In this document: piece after piece, positions 17,800 through 27,284 of the stretch
How the letters are laid out: the number at the start of each line of letters is the position of its first letter
Position numbering within the stretch: the first letter of the stretch is position 1
Notes under the pieces: generated by a model
Told to the model about the DNA's origin: nothing
Databases searched by the model: none
The model's input: the letters and a program-made list of their open reading frames with translations, nothing else
From: an uncultured archaeon
Lineage (GTDB): Archaea; Thermoplasmatota; Penumbrarchaeia; JASLWR01
Assembly (NCBI GenBank): GCA_964342815.1
Contig: CAYFHS010000034.1
Coordinates: forward strand, 1 to 46,810
Length of the DNA: 46,810 nucleotides
Direction: 5' to 3'
Translations under genes and position numbers: made by a program

Positions 17800-19950
17800 A
17801 TGTTGACCATGGAGAAAGTTTACGAGCGAAGGATTTCAGCAAGATTCGATTTCGAGGAAAGTCCAATAATTAGTGGATATACGAATAGGACGTTGTACGT
17901 TAACCTCTCAGAACGTACCATAAGCGAGAAGATGGTTTCTCAAGGTATGAAGGATGTCTTTACTGGAGGTAAGGGTTTCGACCTTTGGCTCATGTGGAAT
18001 TCCCTTCCCTTCGACCGTACGATAAAGTGGGATGATCCCGAGAATGTTCTCGCCATCGCTTCGGGTCCTCTGGGAGGTACCACCCTATACCCTGGCAGCG
18101 GAAAGAGCATAGTGACCTGTATCTCACCTTTAACTGGTTCTATCATCGACTCCAACGTCGGCGGTTATTTTGGTCCTTATCTGAAATTCTCCGGTTTCGA
18201 TGCAATGGAAGTCCAGGGAAAGGCGGAGGAGGATATGGTAATATTCATAGACGGTCTGGAACGAACCGTAAGAATAGAACATATCGAAGGATTGCCGGAG
18301 GACAGTTATCTGTTGTCCACAGTTCTTTCTGAACTTTATGGGGATGACAAACCTCGGTCGATATCCATTGTATCCGCCGGTCCTGGAGCCGAAAACACGC
18401 TTCTTGGCTGTCTAAATTTTAGTTGGTTTGATCAAGGTAGGAAGATAGTAAGGTATAAACAGGCTGGAAGGGGCGGTATCGGAACGGTCCTTCGAAACAA
18501 GAAAATCGCCGCTATTGTCGTAAGAAGCCCATCCCCGTCGGCGAAAATCAATGCTCCGGCGAATTTCGACTTACTCAAAGAAGTTGGGCGAGCCCACAGC
18601 AAGGAGATCACCAAGCTTGATCCTCTGCAAAACGAGATGGCAAAGATTGGGACGACACATCTTGTTACCATTATGAACGATTATGATCTTTTACCAGTGA
18701 ATAATTTTCAGTACGGATCACATCCCGACGCCCCGTTGATGGGGGCCGAGGCCTATCGGAAAAAATTCCACGAAGGTTATGATGGATGCTGGGTGGGTTG
18801 CACGGTTGCCTGCGCTCACGGTGTAAAGGATTTTGTATGCAGCACTGGTCCGTATAAAGGACAGAAAGTATTCGTGGATGGTCCCGAATACGAGACTGTG
18901 GCGGGGTGCGGCAGCAACTGCGGTATTTTTGATCCCGATCATGTCATCGAGATGAACTTCTACTGTGATGCCTACGGTTTGGACACTATCTCAGTGGGTA
19001 CGGCCACCGCCTTTGCCATGGAATGTTTCGAGAGAGGTCTCATAGACCTGGAGGTCACCGGTGGAATTGATTTGAGATTTGGAAACAAAAAAGCGGCTCT
19101 CGAGATACTTCACCAGATGGCAAGAGGTGAGGGTTTTGGGGCAGTGGTTGGCCAGGGTATAAGGAATATGAAAAAGATATTTGGGGAACCGAATGGGGCT
19201 GATGTAAGCTTGTTACAAGATATTGGAATGGAAGCGAAGGGATTAGAATATTCCGAATATATGACGAAAGAATCTCTTGCTCAGCAGGGAGGATACGGCC
19301 TTGCGCTTAAAGGGCCCCAACACGATGAGGCGTGGCTTATTTTCCTTGACATGGTCCACAATTACATGCCGAGCTTCGAGGAAAAGGCTGAAGCCCTCCA
19401 CTGGTTCCCCATGTGGCGTACTTGGTTCGGACTCAACGGCCTATGTAAACTTCCCTGGAATGACATCGTACCTGTTGACAACAAGGAAACGACGGAGCCC
19501 GCCAAGGTGATGAAACATGTACAATGGTATGCTGACTACTTTGGGGCGGTAACAGGTAATAAGGTAGAACCTTCCGACCTTATCGCCATGAGCGAACGGG
19601 TTTACAACTTTCAGAGAATATTGAATCTTAGGTTGGGTTACGGCCGGAGAGAGCACGATGACATTCCATATCGCTCGGCCGGTCCGGTTACTGAAGAGGA
19701 ATATCTATCCCGCCAAGATAGATATGATGGTCAGTTGAGGGAAGAGCTGGGAATCGAGCCAAATGGAAAATCCACCGGCGAAAAGATCGCCATTCTCAGG
19801 AGATACCGGGAAGGAAGGTACGATAAGTTGAAGGATTCGGTTTACAGACGGAGGGGTTGGACCGATGACGGTGTACCTACGCTTAAAAAAGTGAAGGAGT
19901 TGGGTATCGATTTTAAAAGCGTGGTAAAGGTTATTGGGCCCTATCAATGA
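17800..19950 (+). CDS. aor: Tungsten-type aldehyde:ferredoxin oxidoreductase family protein
   Basis: GPLGGTT...SGKSIVTCISPLTG, AGRGGIGTVL, GCWVGCTVAC, EYETVAGCG, CDAYGLDTIS, GLCKLPW; the start may be ATG 17809. Confidence 0.92.
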   Translation: MLTMEKVYERRISARFDFEESPIISGYTNRTLYVNLSERTISEKMVSQGMKDVFTGGKGFDLWLMWNSLPFDRTIKWDDPENVLAIASGPLGGTTLYPGSGKSIVTCISPLTGSIIDSNVGGYFGPYLKFSGFDAMEVQGKAEEDMVIFIDGLERTVRIEHIEGLPEDSYLLSTVLSELYGDDKPRSISIVSAGPGAENTLLGCLNFSWFDQGRKIVRYKQAGRGGIGTVLRNKKIAAIVVRSPSPSAKINAPANFDLLKEVGRAHSKEITKLDPLQNEMAKIGTTHLVTIMNDYDLLPVNNFQYGSHPDAPLMGAEAYRKKFHEGYDGCWVGCTVACAHGVKDFVCSTGPYKGQKVFVDGPEYETVAGCGSNCGIFDPDHVIEMNFYCDAYGLDTISVGTATAFAMECFERGLIDLEVTGGIDLRFGNKKAALEILHQMARGEGFGAVVGQGIRNMKKIFGEPNGADVSLLQDIGMEAKGLEYSEYMTKESLAQQGGYGLALKGPQHDEAWLIFLDMVHNYMPSFEEKAEALHWFPMWRTWFGLNGLCKLPWNDIVPVDNKETTEPAKVMKHVQWYADYFGAVTGNKVEPSDLIAMSERVYNFQRILNLRLGYGRREHDDIPYRSAGPVTEEEYLSRQDRYDGQLREELGIEPNGKSTGEKIAILRRYREGRYDKLKDSVYRRRGWTDDGVPTLKKVKELGIDFKSVVKVIGPYQ

Positions 19951-20142
19951 TAAACGGTGCCAGCTCGGAGACGAAAGAGTATAATTACGAGACACATTAT
20001 TGGAATTAATACCGCAAACATTATAAGCGGATTTCGGTTTATGTTAAAAAAATACCCATATAGATAACTTTCCAGCATATCAGACAAGTAATTGATGATA
20101 AGGGTTCACCTATCTTGGGTACCATAGTCCAGTGGTGCGAAG

Positions 20143-22242
20143 ATGAGTTTGAAAACACTCAATAAACTAGTAAAGAATTCAAGCAGCTCCAATCCCAAAA
20201 AGAAGGTTCAGGCTCTTGAAGGTTTGGAGGAGCTCTGCAGAGAAAACCCCCAGTACCTTAAGAACATTATGAACCGAATGGTACCGCTTCTGGAGGATAA
20301 TAACGAGAGAGTGAAATTGATCGCTTCGGTTCTGCTTTACCGCCAGTCGGCGGATGATGCAAAGAGCATGACAAAACAATTTCGTCAGTTTCTCAAGATT
20401 CTGGAGTCGGCATTCGATAGTAGGAACCAATCATCCGTCCGGAACTGGAAACCTTATACGAATATCATTCTTACACTGGGAAATATCATTGCCGAATATC
20501 CCAAGTTGGGGGACAAGATCGCTCCTGTCATCACCAGTGTGCTGAGATATCCGCTTTACCGACCTCAGAATCCTACCAAAGATCATGCATTTCTATATGT
20601 GGCTTCCATCAAGGCGTTGGGAAACATTGGGCGTAAACAGCCAGTATATGTGGAGGAATCAATTCCATACATATACAAGAGCCTTGTTGATTCCTACAGG
20701 TTCGATTTCTGGAACAAGTCTACCTCCGACAGAGATAGCAATATGCGTCTTCATGCTGCAAATGCCTTGAAAAAGGTGGGGCGGATCGATCCTTCCCTTG
20801 TAATTCCAAAGATAATCCCTGTATTGAGCGAGAGCGATAAGAACGTGGTCAATGTCGGAAAGGATATCCTTCTCTCTTTTTCCAAGGAAACGAAAGGCAT
20901 CATTCCGGCGCTGGTAAAATCTCTGAATACCGAGAAACAGGAAGACCGGAAACGCGTCACAGAGTTCATAGTGGAACTGGGCCACAAAGACCCGGACCAG
21001 GTTATGCCAATATTAACAAGAGCGCTTTCAGACAGCAGGAGATTTGTACGTATTCAAGCCTTCTCCGCAGTTGGCTCCCTCCTGCCGAAACACCCAAAAT
21101 ATATACCGTCCATCATCCCCGTCCTAATAAAGAACCTGATAAAGGAATCGGACAACGAGATAAAACAATCCATCTCGGACACACTTACCATCATGAGCTT
21201 TTTGAACATCAATATCTTCCAGAAGATCATGCCCTATATCATAAAGTCGCTGAATGATGATTATTATCACGTCCGATGGCGTATGTGCCAGATTATCAAG
21301 AACGTGGGAATATTCAAGCCGCAGTTCGTGGTGGATTCCATACCACACCTGATAACAGGATTGAACGATCCGTATACCCACGTCCAGGCCAAGGCCAAGG
21401 AAGCGCTGGACGCATTGAAAGTGGATAAACTAGAATATCTTCAGGCGATCAAGTGCATAGCAAGCGGCACGAAGGCACTGGAAAAGGCGAAAAAGGGGAG
21501 CATTAGCTGTATGGAAGGACAGAACGCCTTAATGAGCGCCATCAAGGCTGCCAAAGAATACCGTTTCAGAGAATCCATCAGTCTATCCACAACCGCCTTG
21601 GACTTCATGGAAGCGGCGGGAGTACCCTTGTCGAGATATGACGCTGGTTCAAGATATGTAGCCGGACCTTACCTTGGACAGCGAGGTCATCCTATGGGGG
21701 GTTTCGGCCCGGATGGTCTTCCCATACCACCTCCGCCGGACGAAGCAATTCCACTTGGACCGACGGCCGGTCAATCACCTTTTGGTGGAGCCATACTGGA
21801 AGCGAAACAGGTGGAACTGGCAGAATCCAAGGGAGGAGCCAGTATCGACGAGATATTCCTGATGACCACATACGGGATATTGCTGGATCATTATGTGGCT
21901 TCGAAGAAGAGCAAGGTGGACGAGGAGATTCTTGCCGGTATGCTTGTGGCTGTAAAAAGCTTTATTACCGATTCCTTTGACCTGCCGGATGCTGTTGGAG
22001 GCGGGAAAATGGCATTGAACAATATCGATTTCGGCGATTTCTCCGTGGTTATTTCCACGGGACGATATTTGACCATGGTTGCCATCACAACATCCGGGAA
22101 CAGGGATGCTATCTACAAGCACATCACGAGCGGAATCGAAAAGATAGAAACCAAGTTCAATACCAAGTTGAAAACCTGGGACGGAGATATTGACGACCTG
22201 GGTGACCTGCCTGATTATATGAAAGAAGTGATACTGGATTAA
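20143..22242 (+). CDS. HEAT-repeat protein with a helical module, Pro-rich linker and C-terminal longin-like domain (paralog 1)
   Basis: HEAT-type units (VR..A..ALG, IIPVL..DxxxxVR) over about 430 aa. C-terminal 133 aa has a beta-beta-alpha-beta-beta-beta-alpha pattern (IDEIFLMTTYGILL / DEEILAGMLVAVKSF / IDFGDFSVVISTG...TMVAI). The CDS is certain; the fold call is inference. Confidence 0.8.
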   Translation: MSLKTLNKLVKNSSSSNPKKKVQALEGLEELCRENPQYLKNIMNRMVPLLEDNNERVKLIASVLLYRQSADDAKSMTKQFRQFLKILESAFDSRNQSSVRNWKPYTNIILTLGNIIAEYPKLGDKIAPVITSVLRYPLYRPQNPTKDHAFLYVASIKALGNIGRKQPVYVEESIPYIYKSLVDSYRFDFWNKSTSDRDSNMRLHAANALKKVGRIDPSLVIPKIIPVLSESDKNVVNVGKDILLSFSKETKGIIPALVKSLNTEKQEDRKRVTEFIVELGHKDPDQVMPILTRALSDSRRFVRIQAFSAVGSLLPKHPKYIPSIIPVLIKNLIKESDNEIKQSISDTLTIMSFLNINIFQKIMPYIIKSLNDDYYHVRWRMCQIIKNVGIFKPQFVVDSIPHLITGLNDPYTHVQAKAKEALDALKVDKLEYLQAIKCIASGTKALEKAKKGSISCMEGQNALMSAIKAAKEYRFRESISLSTTALDFMEAAGVPLSRYDAGSRYVAGPYLGQRGHPMGGFGPDGLPIPPPPDEAIPLGPTAGQSPFGGAILEAKQVELAESKGGASIDEIFLMTTYGILLDHYVASKKSKVDEEILAGMLVAVKSFITDSFDLPDAVGGGKMALNNIDFGDFSVVISTGRYLTMVAITTSGNRDAIYKHITSGIEKIETKFNTKLKTWDGDIDDLGDLPDYMKEVILD

Positions 22243-22284
22243 AGCGATAACCCGATCGTGAAGCAACATCGGGAGGCCTTATAC

Positions 22285-22629
22285 ATGATGGAGAAGAAAT
22301 CTATATTCACGCCCTTGCTGGAAAAATCTCTGGGAGACGTACTTGATGCCGAAGCTCTGTTGCTGGATGTTTTCAGGGACATGGTCAAGGATGAAGTTAA
22401 AAAATACGTGGTGCGACGGCTGGATGAGGAACCCGAGCTTCGGGCCGAGATCAAGAAGGCCATTTCCATGTACTTCGAGGCAAAGATGAAGGAGATGTAC
22501 GCAGGTGTTCTCCTGGCCAAATCCAGCGCAAAATTGGGTTACGAACTTATTCCGGAGAATCTGAAGAAGGACATGTGGGCGGAAATCGAATCCGAGATGA
22601 CGAAGGTTATCGAGAGAACTTTTAAATAA
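22285..22629 (+). CDS. Small all-helical hypothetical protein between the HEAT paralogs
   Basis: The ORF track starts at GTG 22258, but GGAGG at 22272-22276 favours ATG 22285. Amphipathic helical composition; it resembles a conserved Thermoplasmatota hypothetical family (from memory, unverified). Confidence 0.8.
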   Translation: MMEKKSIFTPLLEKSLGDVLDAEALLLDVFRDMVKDEVKKYVVRRLDEEPELRAEIKKAISMYFEAKMKEMYAGVLLAKSSAKLGYELIPENLKKDMWAEIESEMTKVIERTFK

Positions 22630-22752
22630 GCATGTGTTTCTCTCTTGTATATACACGCTTCAAGGTAAACCTATATCGGTACTTTTCCACATTTTATATG
22701 CAGCTTATCGATTCTGTGAAACAATAAATATAATATCGAATCGATAGGGACA

Positions 22753-24879
22753 ATGTACAACAAATCAATGGTGCAGCTAATGGACTCGAAAAAATTGCAC
22801 AAGCTCGTAAAGACCGCCCGGGGTACGGACCCGGATAAGGTTATCCAGGCACTGGTGGACATTCATAAGGTCTACCAGGAGAGCCCGGAGTCTGCAGGAG
22901 AGCTGCCCGCCTTCATGGTCAAGTATCTGAGAAATGACAGCGAAAGGGTACGGGAGGCCGCTTCCCTTATCATTCTCAACGAGTCCGAAACGAATCCACG
23001 GCTCCTCCTAAGGCAATTCCGAGCATTACTCCAAACTCTGAAATGGGATTTTAACCAGATGAAATCCGGAGAACTGGACCGATTCACTCCGGTGACCAAT
23101 ATTGTCATGGCAATGGGTAATCTGGTTGACCACTATCCTGAGCTGGGAGGACGTCTGGTTTCTTGCATCGCGAGAGTGTTGACGTACCCGCTTTTCAGAC
23201 CGCAGAATCTCAATACCGAGAGAAATCTTCTATACATGTCTGCAATCAACGTCATTGGAAAGATAGGGAACAGTAATCCGATCTACGTGGATAGCTCCGT
23301 CCCGCATATCTACAAATGTCTGGTGGATTCGTTCCGATTCGATTTCTGGAAGAAAGACGCCTCGGAGAGGAAGAACAACATGCGTATGCACGCGTCCAAT
23401 GCCTTGATGATGATCGGTAGTGCGGACCCTATCCGTGTTGTGCCGTGGATCATACCTGCGCTGAATGAAGAGAACTGGGAACTTGTGGAGGAGGTAAGGA
23501 GACTGTTGCTGGGATTTTCGGAAAACCTGAGAACATTTCTGCCCGCCCTTATGTGTTCTCTGGGGACCGGAAAACAGGCGGAGCGGGAGAAGGTGACCGA
23601 GTTCATCATAGAACAGGGGCAGGCAAATCCCCGCTATGTTATCCCGCTTTTGGGGCTGGCACTTTCGGATAAAAGGGCGAACGTGAGATGTCATTCCGCC
23701 TACGCGCTGGGATCTCTTCTCCCGGGGCATGCAGAGTTCATACCATCCATCACTCCCTTGCTTGTTAACGGTCTGGTAAAGGAGACCGACAACGAGGCCA
23801 AGAGACCCATGGCGGACACCCTTACCGTCATCAGCTTCATGAACCTCGGCGTGTTCAAGAACCTCATACCGCAGATAATTCACTGCATGAAAGATGATTA
23901 CCATCTGGTTAGATGGAGAATGGCGCAGATAATAAAGAACATCGGTATTTTCAAACGCCGTTACGTGGTGGATGCCATACCGAACCTGATTACCGGCTTG
24001 GACGATTTTTATATCCCCGTACAGCAGAAGTCCGAGGAAGCCTTGAATGCCCTTAGAGTGGATAAATTCGATTACCTCCGTGCAATCCGGAATATTGCCA
24101 GCGGCACCAAGGCGCTGGAGCATGCCCGTGAGGAAGGAAAAGTGACCACTGAAGCCCAGAATGCTCTTGTGGAATCCATCAAGGCCGCAAGGGACTATGG
24201 ATTCCGCCGGTCTGTTGAACTCTCCTCGGTAGCGCTGGATCTGATGGAAGCCGCAGGTGTCCAGGTATCCAGATACGTGTCTTCACTATACCCCGGAACA
24301 TCGGCGCCGTCTTCAGATATACCGGCCAAACCCATAGGTTACAGGGAAATAGGATCACTACCAATTCCACCGCCTCCTGACGATGCTTTTTCACTTCCGC
24401 TGACCCCGGGCGGGGCGGATGCACCTCCCTTTATACCACCGGCAAAGGAAGTTGAGCTGGCCGGAGCGGCAAGTCTCGGTATAGACGAGGTTTTCCTCAT
24501 GACCACTTATGGGATACTTATCGATCATTACGCGGTATCGAAGAAGAGCAAGGTGGACGAAGAGGTCCTTGCAAGCATGCTGGTTGCCGTTAAGAGCTTT
24601 ATCACCGATTCATTCGACCTACCGGATACCATGGCCGGAGGAAAAATGAATCTCAACAATATCGATTTTGGTGACTTCTCTGTGATAATATCCACCGGGA
24701 AGTTACTGACAATCGTAGCCATTACTACCTCCGGCAACAAGGATTCCATATATGATCATCTTATGCACGGCATCGAAAAGTTAGAGATACGATACCAGGT
24801 AATGCTGAAAACCTGGAACGGTGACATGGAAGCCCTAGGCGACCTTCCGGAGTACATGAAAGAGTTGGTATTGAAGTAA
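22753..24879 (+). CDS. HEAT-repeat protein with a helical module, Pro-rich linker and C-terminal longin-like domain (paralog 2)
   Basis: 708 aa, colinear with 20143..22242 throughout (for example YKxLVDSxRFDFWxK, MRxHAxNAL, FLMTTYGIL). Confidence 0.8.
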   Translation: MYNKSMVQLMDSKKLHKLVKTARGTDPDKVIQALVDIHKVYQESPESAGELPAFMVKYLRNDSERVREAASLIILNESETNPRLLLRQFRALLQTLKWDFNQMKSGELDRFTPVTNIVMAMGNLVDHYPELGGRLVSCIARVLTYPLFRPQNLNTERNLLYMSAINVIGKIGNSNPIYVDSSVPHIYKCLVDSFRFDFWKKDASERKNNMRMHASNALMMIGSADPIRVVPWIIPALNEENWELVEEVRRLLLGFSENLRTFLPALMCSLGTGKQAEREKVTEFIIEQGQANPRYVIPLLGLALSDKRANVRCHSAYALGSLLPGHAEFIPSITPLLVNGLVKETDNEAKRPMADTLTVISFMNLGVFKNLIPQIIHCMKDDYHLVRWRMAQIIKNIGIFKRRYVVDAIPNLITGLDDFYIPVQQKSEEALNALRVDKFDYLRAIRNIASGTKALEHAREEGKVTTEAQNALVESIKAARDYGFRRSVELSSVALDLMEAAGVQVSRYVSSLYPGTSAPSSDIPAKPIGYREIGSLPIPPPPDDAFSLPLTPGGADAPPFIPPAKEVELAGAASLGIDEVFLMTTYGILIDHYAVSKKSKVDEEVLASMLVAVKSFITDSFDLPDTMAGGKMNLNNIDFGDFSVIISTGKLLTIVAITTSGNKDSIYDHLMHGIEKLEIRYQVMLKTWNGDMEALGDLPEYMKELVLK

Positions 24880-24938
24880 ATTTATTTTTTATCGGGCCCA
24901 TTCTGAAATGATCAATATTAGTATTGATTCCGGATTTA

Positions 24939-25994
24939 TCACATTTCAGCCATATTTTTCAATTCATAAAACATAACGTCTGCACTCCGCCACCGATCTC
25001 CTTTTTGCTTTTTAAGTGCCTTCATTACTATCTGATCCAATTTGTGTGGAATGTCCGGATTGATGGTGCTCGGTGCCTCAGGTGCATATGTAAGTATATT
25101 GTTCATCACACCAACCATTTCCTCATCGTGAAAAGGATTTATATTTGTAAGCATCTCGTAAAAAACGATCCCGGTCTGAAAAATATCGGTTTGCCAGTCC
25201 GGTTTGCCGAATTTTCGTTTATCCAATTGTTCCGGTGCGGAATACGCAATGGTCCCCTTCGTTCCAACGGTTTGAGTTACCGACGTGGAAGACATGAACT
25301 TACCAATACCCCAGTCAGTAAGCTTGGCTTTTCCATCTATTGAAAACAGGATATTCTCAGGCTTAATATCACGATGAACGATACCCATCCTGTGGGCGTA
25401 AGAAAGGCCATCGAGTATCTGGATAATGATTTCTAGGGCTTCACCCGTTGAAAGGCAATGTTTCTCTATGATTTGTTTGAGGTTGCCTCCTTCCATCAGT
25501 TCCATGGCAATGAACGGGATCGGTTCCAATCCATTCTCATATAACATAACGATATTTTCGTGATCGAGTTTTATCCACATATCAGCTTCAGATTGGAACT
25601 TCTCAAAAATCGAAGCATCGAGGGTTCCGTCGAGAAATTTTGGTAGTTTTATTGCGACGGTTTTACCATCGTTGTCTTCGGCTCTATAGACCGTAGCAAA
25701 ACCGCCTGAGCCAAGTTTGTGTGTAATAACATATTTTGGTATGGATTCATTGATAGTTGACTTTAGTTCCGTCGTTTGAATTAAAGTGAGTTTTTTTATA
25801 TATGATCTGGAAGGCTCAATGTGGAGTTTTTGGTCTGAAGAATAATTCTCTCTGTCAATGCGTTGAGAAGGAATAGGGATTGTGCGAGGAGGTCTTGGAA
25901 TTGGAGACTCTGAAAACGGTACATCCCCCATTATTGCACCACCGATTTCTCTTGCTTTTTTCAAGAACTCAAATGCGCGTTCGTAATCCGCCAT
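24939..25994 (-). CDS. Hanks-type Ser/Thr protein kinase
   Basis: LGSGGFATVY, VAIK, HENIV, HRDIKPEN, DWG (DFG equivalent), GTIAYSAPEQ, DIFQTG; no TM in this ORF. Confidence 0.95.
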   Translation of the reverse strand: MADYERAFEFLKKAREIGGAIMGDVPFSESPIPRPPRTIPIPSQRIDRENYSSDQKLHIEPSRSYIKKLTLIQTTELKSTINESIPKYVITHKLGSGGFATVYRAEDNDGKTVAIKLPKFLDGTLDASIFEKFQSEADMWIKLDHENIVMLYENGLEPIPFIAMELMEGGNLKQIIEKHCLSTGEALEIIIQILDGLSYAHRMGIVHRDIKPENILFSIDGKAKLTDWGIGKFMSSTSVTQTVGTKGTIAYSAPEQLDKRKFGKPDWQTDIFQTGIVFYEMLTNINPFHDEEMVGVMNNILTYAPEAPSTINPDIPHKLDQIVMKALKKQKGDRWRSADVMFYELKNMAEM

Positions 25995-26001
25995 GTTATC
26001 C

Positions 26002-26493
26002 CTACTTTAAAGCACCTTTTGCTTCATATACCAGATGTTCCATTTCTCTTGTGTCGATTCCCTTATTTTTTAACCGTATTATCAAATCCTGAACATCTAC
26101 GACTTCGCTGATAAACCGTTCTTGTTTGTTAATCTTCTCATTGAGGTTATCGATAAATTTTGCCTTTTCGATATTGGATTTCCTCGTAAGATTAGAATAG
26201 ATTATTATCAAAATTAGATCTACAAATAGGAAACAACCACCGATTAAAATGCATATGCCCGCATCTTCTAAACCATATACATACCCGTCTCCAGATGCCC
26301 AATATTCACTTACAGATATATCCAAGTATACGTACCCTGAATCCACCAAACTTACACCACCTGCAAATATTAGGGATAATGCAACCAAAAAGAAAATCAG
26401 TATTAATACGAATAAGACCTTTCGTCCTTTTCGGAATTTATTCGGAAACGATTGTGGGATTATTAAATCCCCCGGGTGTGGCTGATATTGCAT
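26002..26493 (-). CDS. Two-TM membrane protein with a C-terminal coiled/helical region; possibly the detached N-terminus of the kinase
   Basis: 163 aa with two hydrophobic segments; its stop is 7 nt before the kinase ATG. Confidence 0.75.
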   Translation of the reverse strand: MQYQPHPGDLIIPQSFPNKFRKGRKVLFVLILIFFLVALSLIFAGGVSLVDSGYVYLDISVSEYWASGDGYVYGLEDAGICILIGGCFLFVDLILIIIYSNLTRKSNIEKAKFIDNLNEKINKQERFISEVVDVQDLIIRLKNKGIDTREMEHLVYEAKGALK

Positions 26494-26601
26494 AGTATAT
26501 GCCTCCTACGGAAAAACCTTTTTCAGTAATGTAATTGAATATTTTACTTAAATAAATCCCCTAAAATATTCATTACGAAAATAATTTTTTTAAAAGAATA
26601 A

Positions 26602-27102
26602 TCACGCTCTCATATGAACCGATTTCAGCCTGAATTCAGCCTCGATCTTTGGCACGATCTCATCCCAGATGCACTCAGTGAGGTACCAGTCTGTCAGTTC
26701 TTCCTCCTCGGATTCGGTAACGCCGTATATCTCCGGTCGGTTCAACAGTTCCATGTAGGGCAGAATGAATAATTCGAGTAGTATCCCCAATTTCACCGGC
26801 CAGAGATAAATTTCGATCCCCACCCGTTGTGACTCGAAATCCATTTCACGAAACGAGGGCATATCGATGGGGTACCCGCTCAGGATCATCTGGATGCGTC
26901 CCGGGGGTCTTTTCTGCTTTAGAAGTTCCATTATCTTTTTATTGACTGCGACGATGAGAGTGCCCTTTTCTTCGTTCTTGACATCGAATTTCGTTATGGG
27001 GAAGCCAAGATCTTTTACGAAATCCCTCAGTTTTGGCCCCACCTCGTCGATCTTCTTCCCCTCTATCAGATATCTGCCGTATGGGTATGCGCGTCGTCTC
27101 AT
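26602..27102 (-). CDS. Hypothetical protein
   Basis: 166-aa ATG ORF with backbone-like codon usage in otherwise unassigned space; no motif recognised. Confidence 0.7.
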   Translation of the reverse strand: MRRRAYPYGRYLIEGKKIDEVGPKLRDFVKDLGFPITKFDVKNEEKGTLIVAVNKKIMELLKQKRPPGRIQMILSGYPIDMPSFREMDFESQRVGIEIYLWPVKLGILLELFILPYMELLNRPEIYGVTESEEEELTDWYLTECIWDEIVPKIEAEFRLKSVHMRA

Positions 27103-27284
27103 GGATGTTGTATCGTACTGTTCTTATATAAGTTTTTATACGTTTGATGATTTGGGGTGTATACGTTTTCATCCCTCAAATACTTGATCCATAGGGGCTG
27201 ATTCCGCTGATTTTTATCAAAAAAAGGATAATCAACCTTTGGTATGTAGTGCGCCGTACTATTGAATAACCCAGAGGAAAATCT

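Noticed and set aside
23230-24123. 297-aa minus-strand ORF and other long shadow ORFs (10706..11455, 13476..14135, 35065..35793, 40208..40819, 7091..7675)
   Set aside because: They lie antisense to well-supported genes, have no motifs, and are explained by codon bias of the real strand.
26002-26004. Pyrrolysine or stop readthrough at the TAG before the kinase
   Set aside because: The same frame hits TAA two codons later and the kinase is in another frame, so readthrough alone cannot fuse them.
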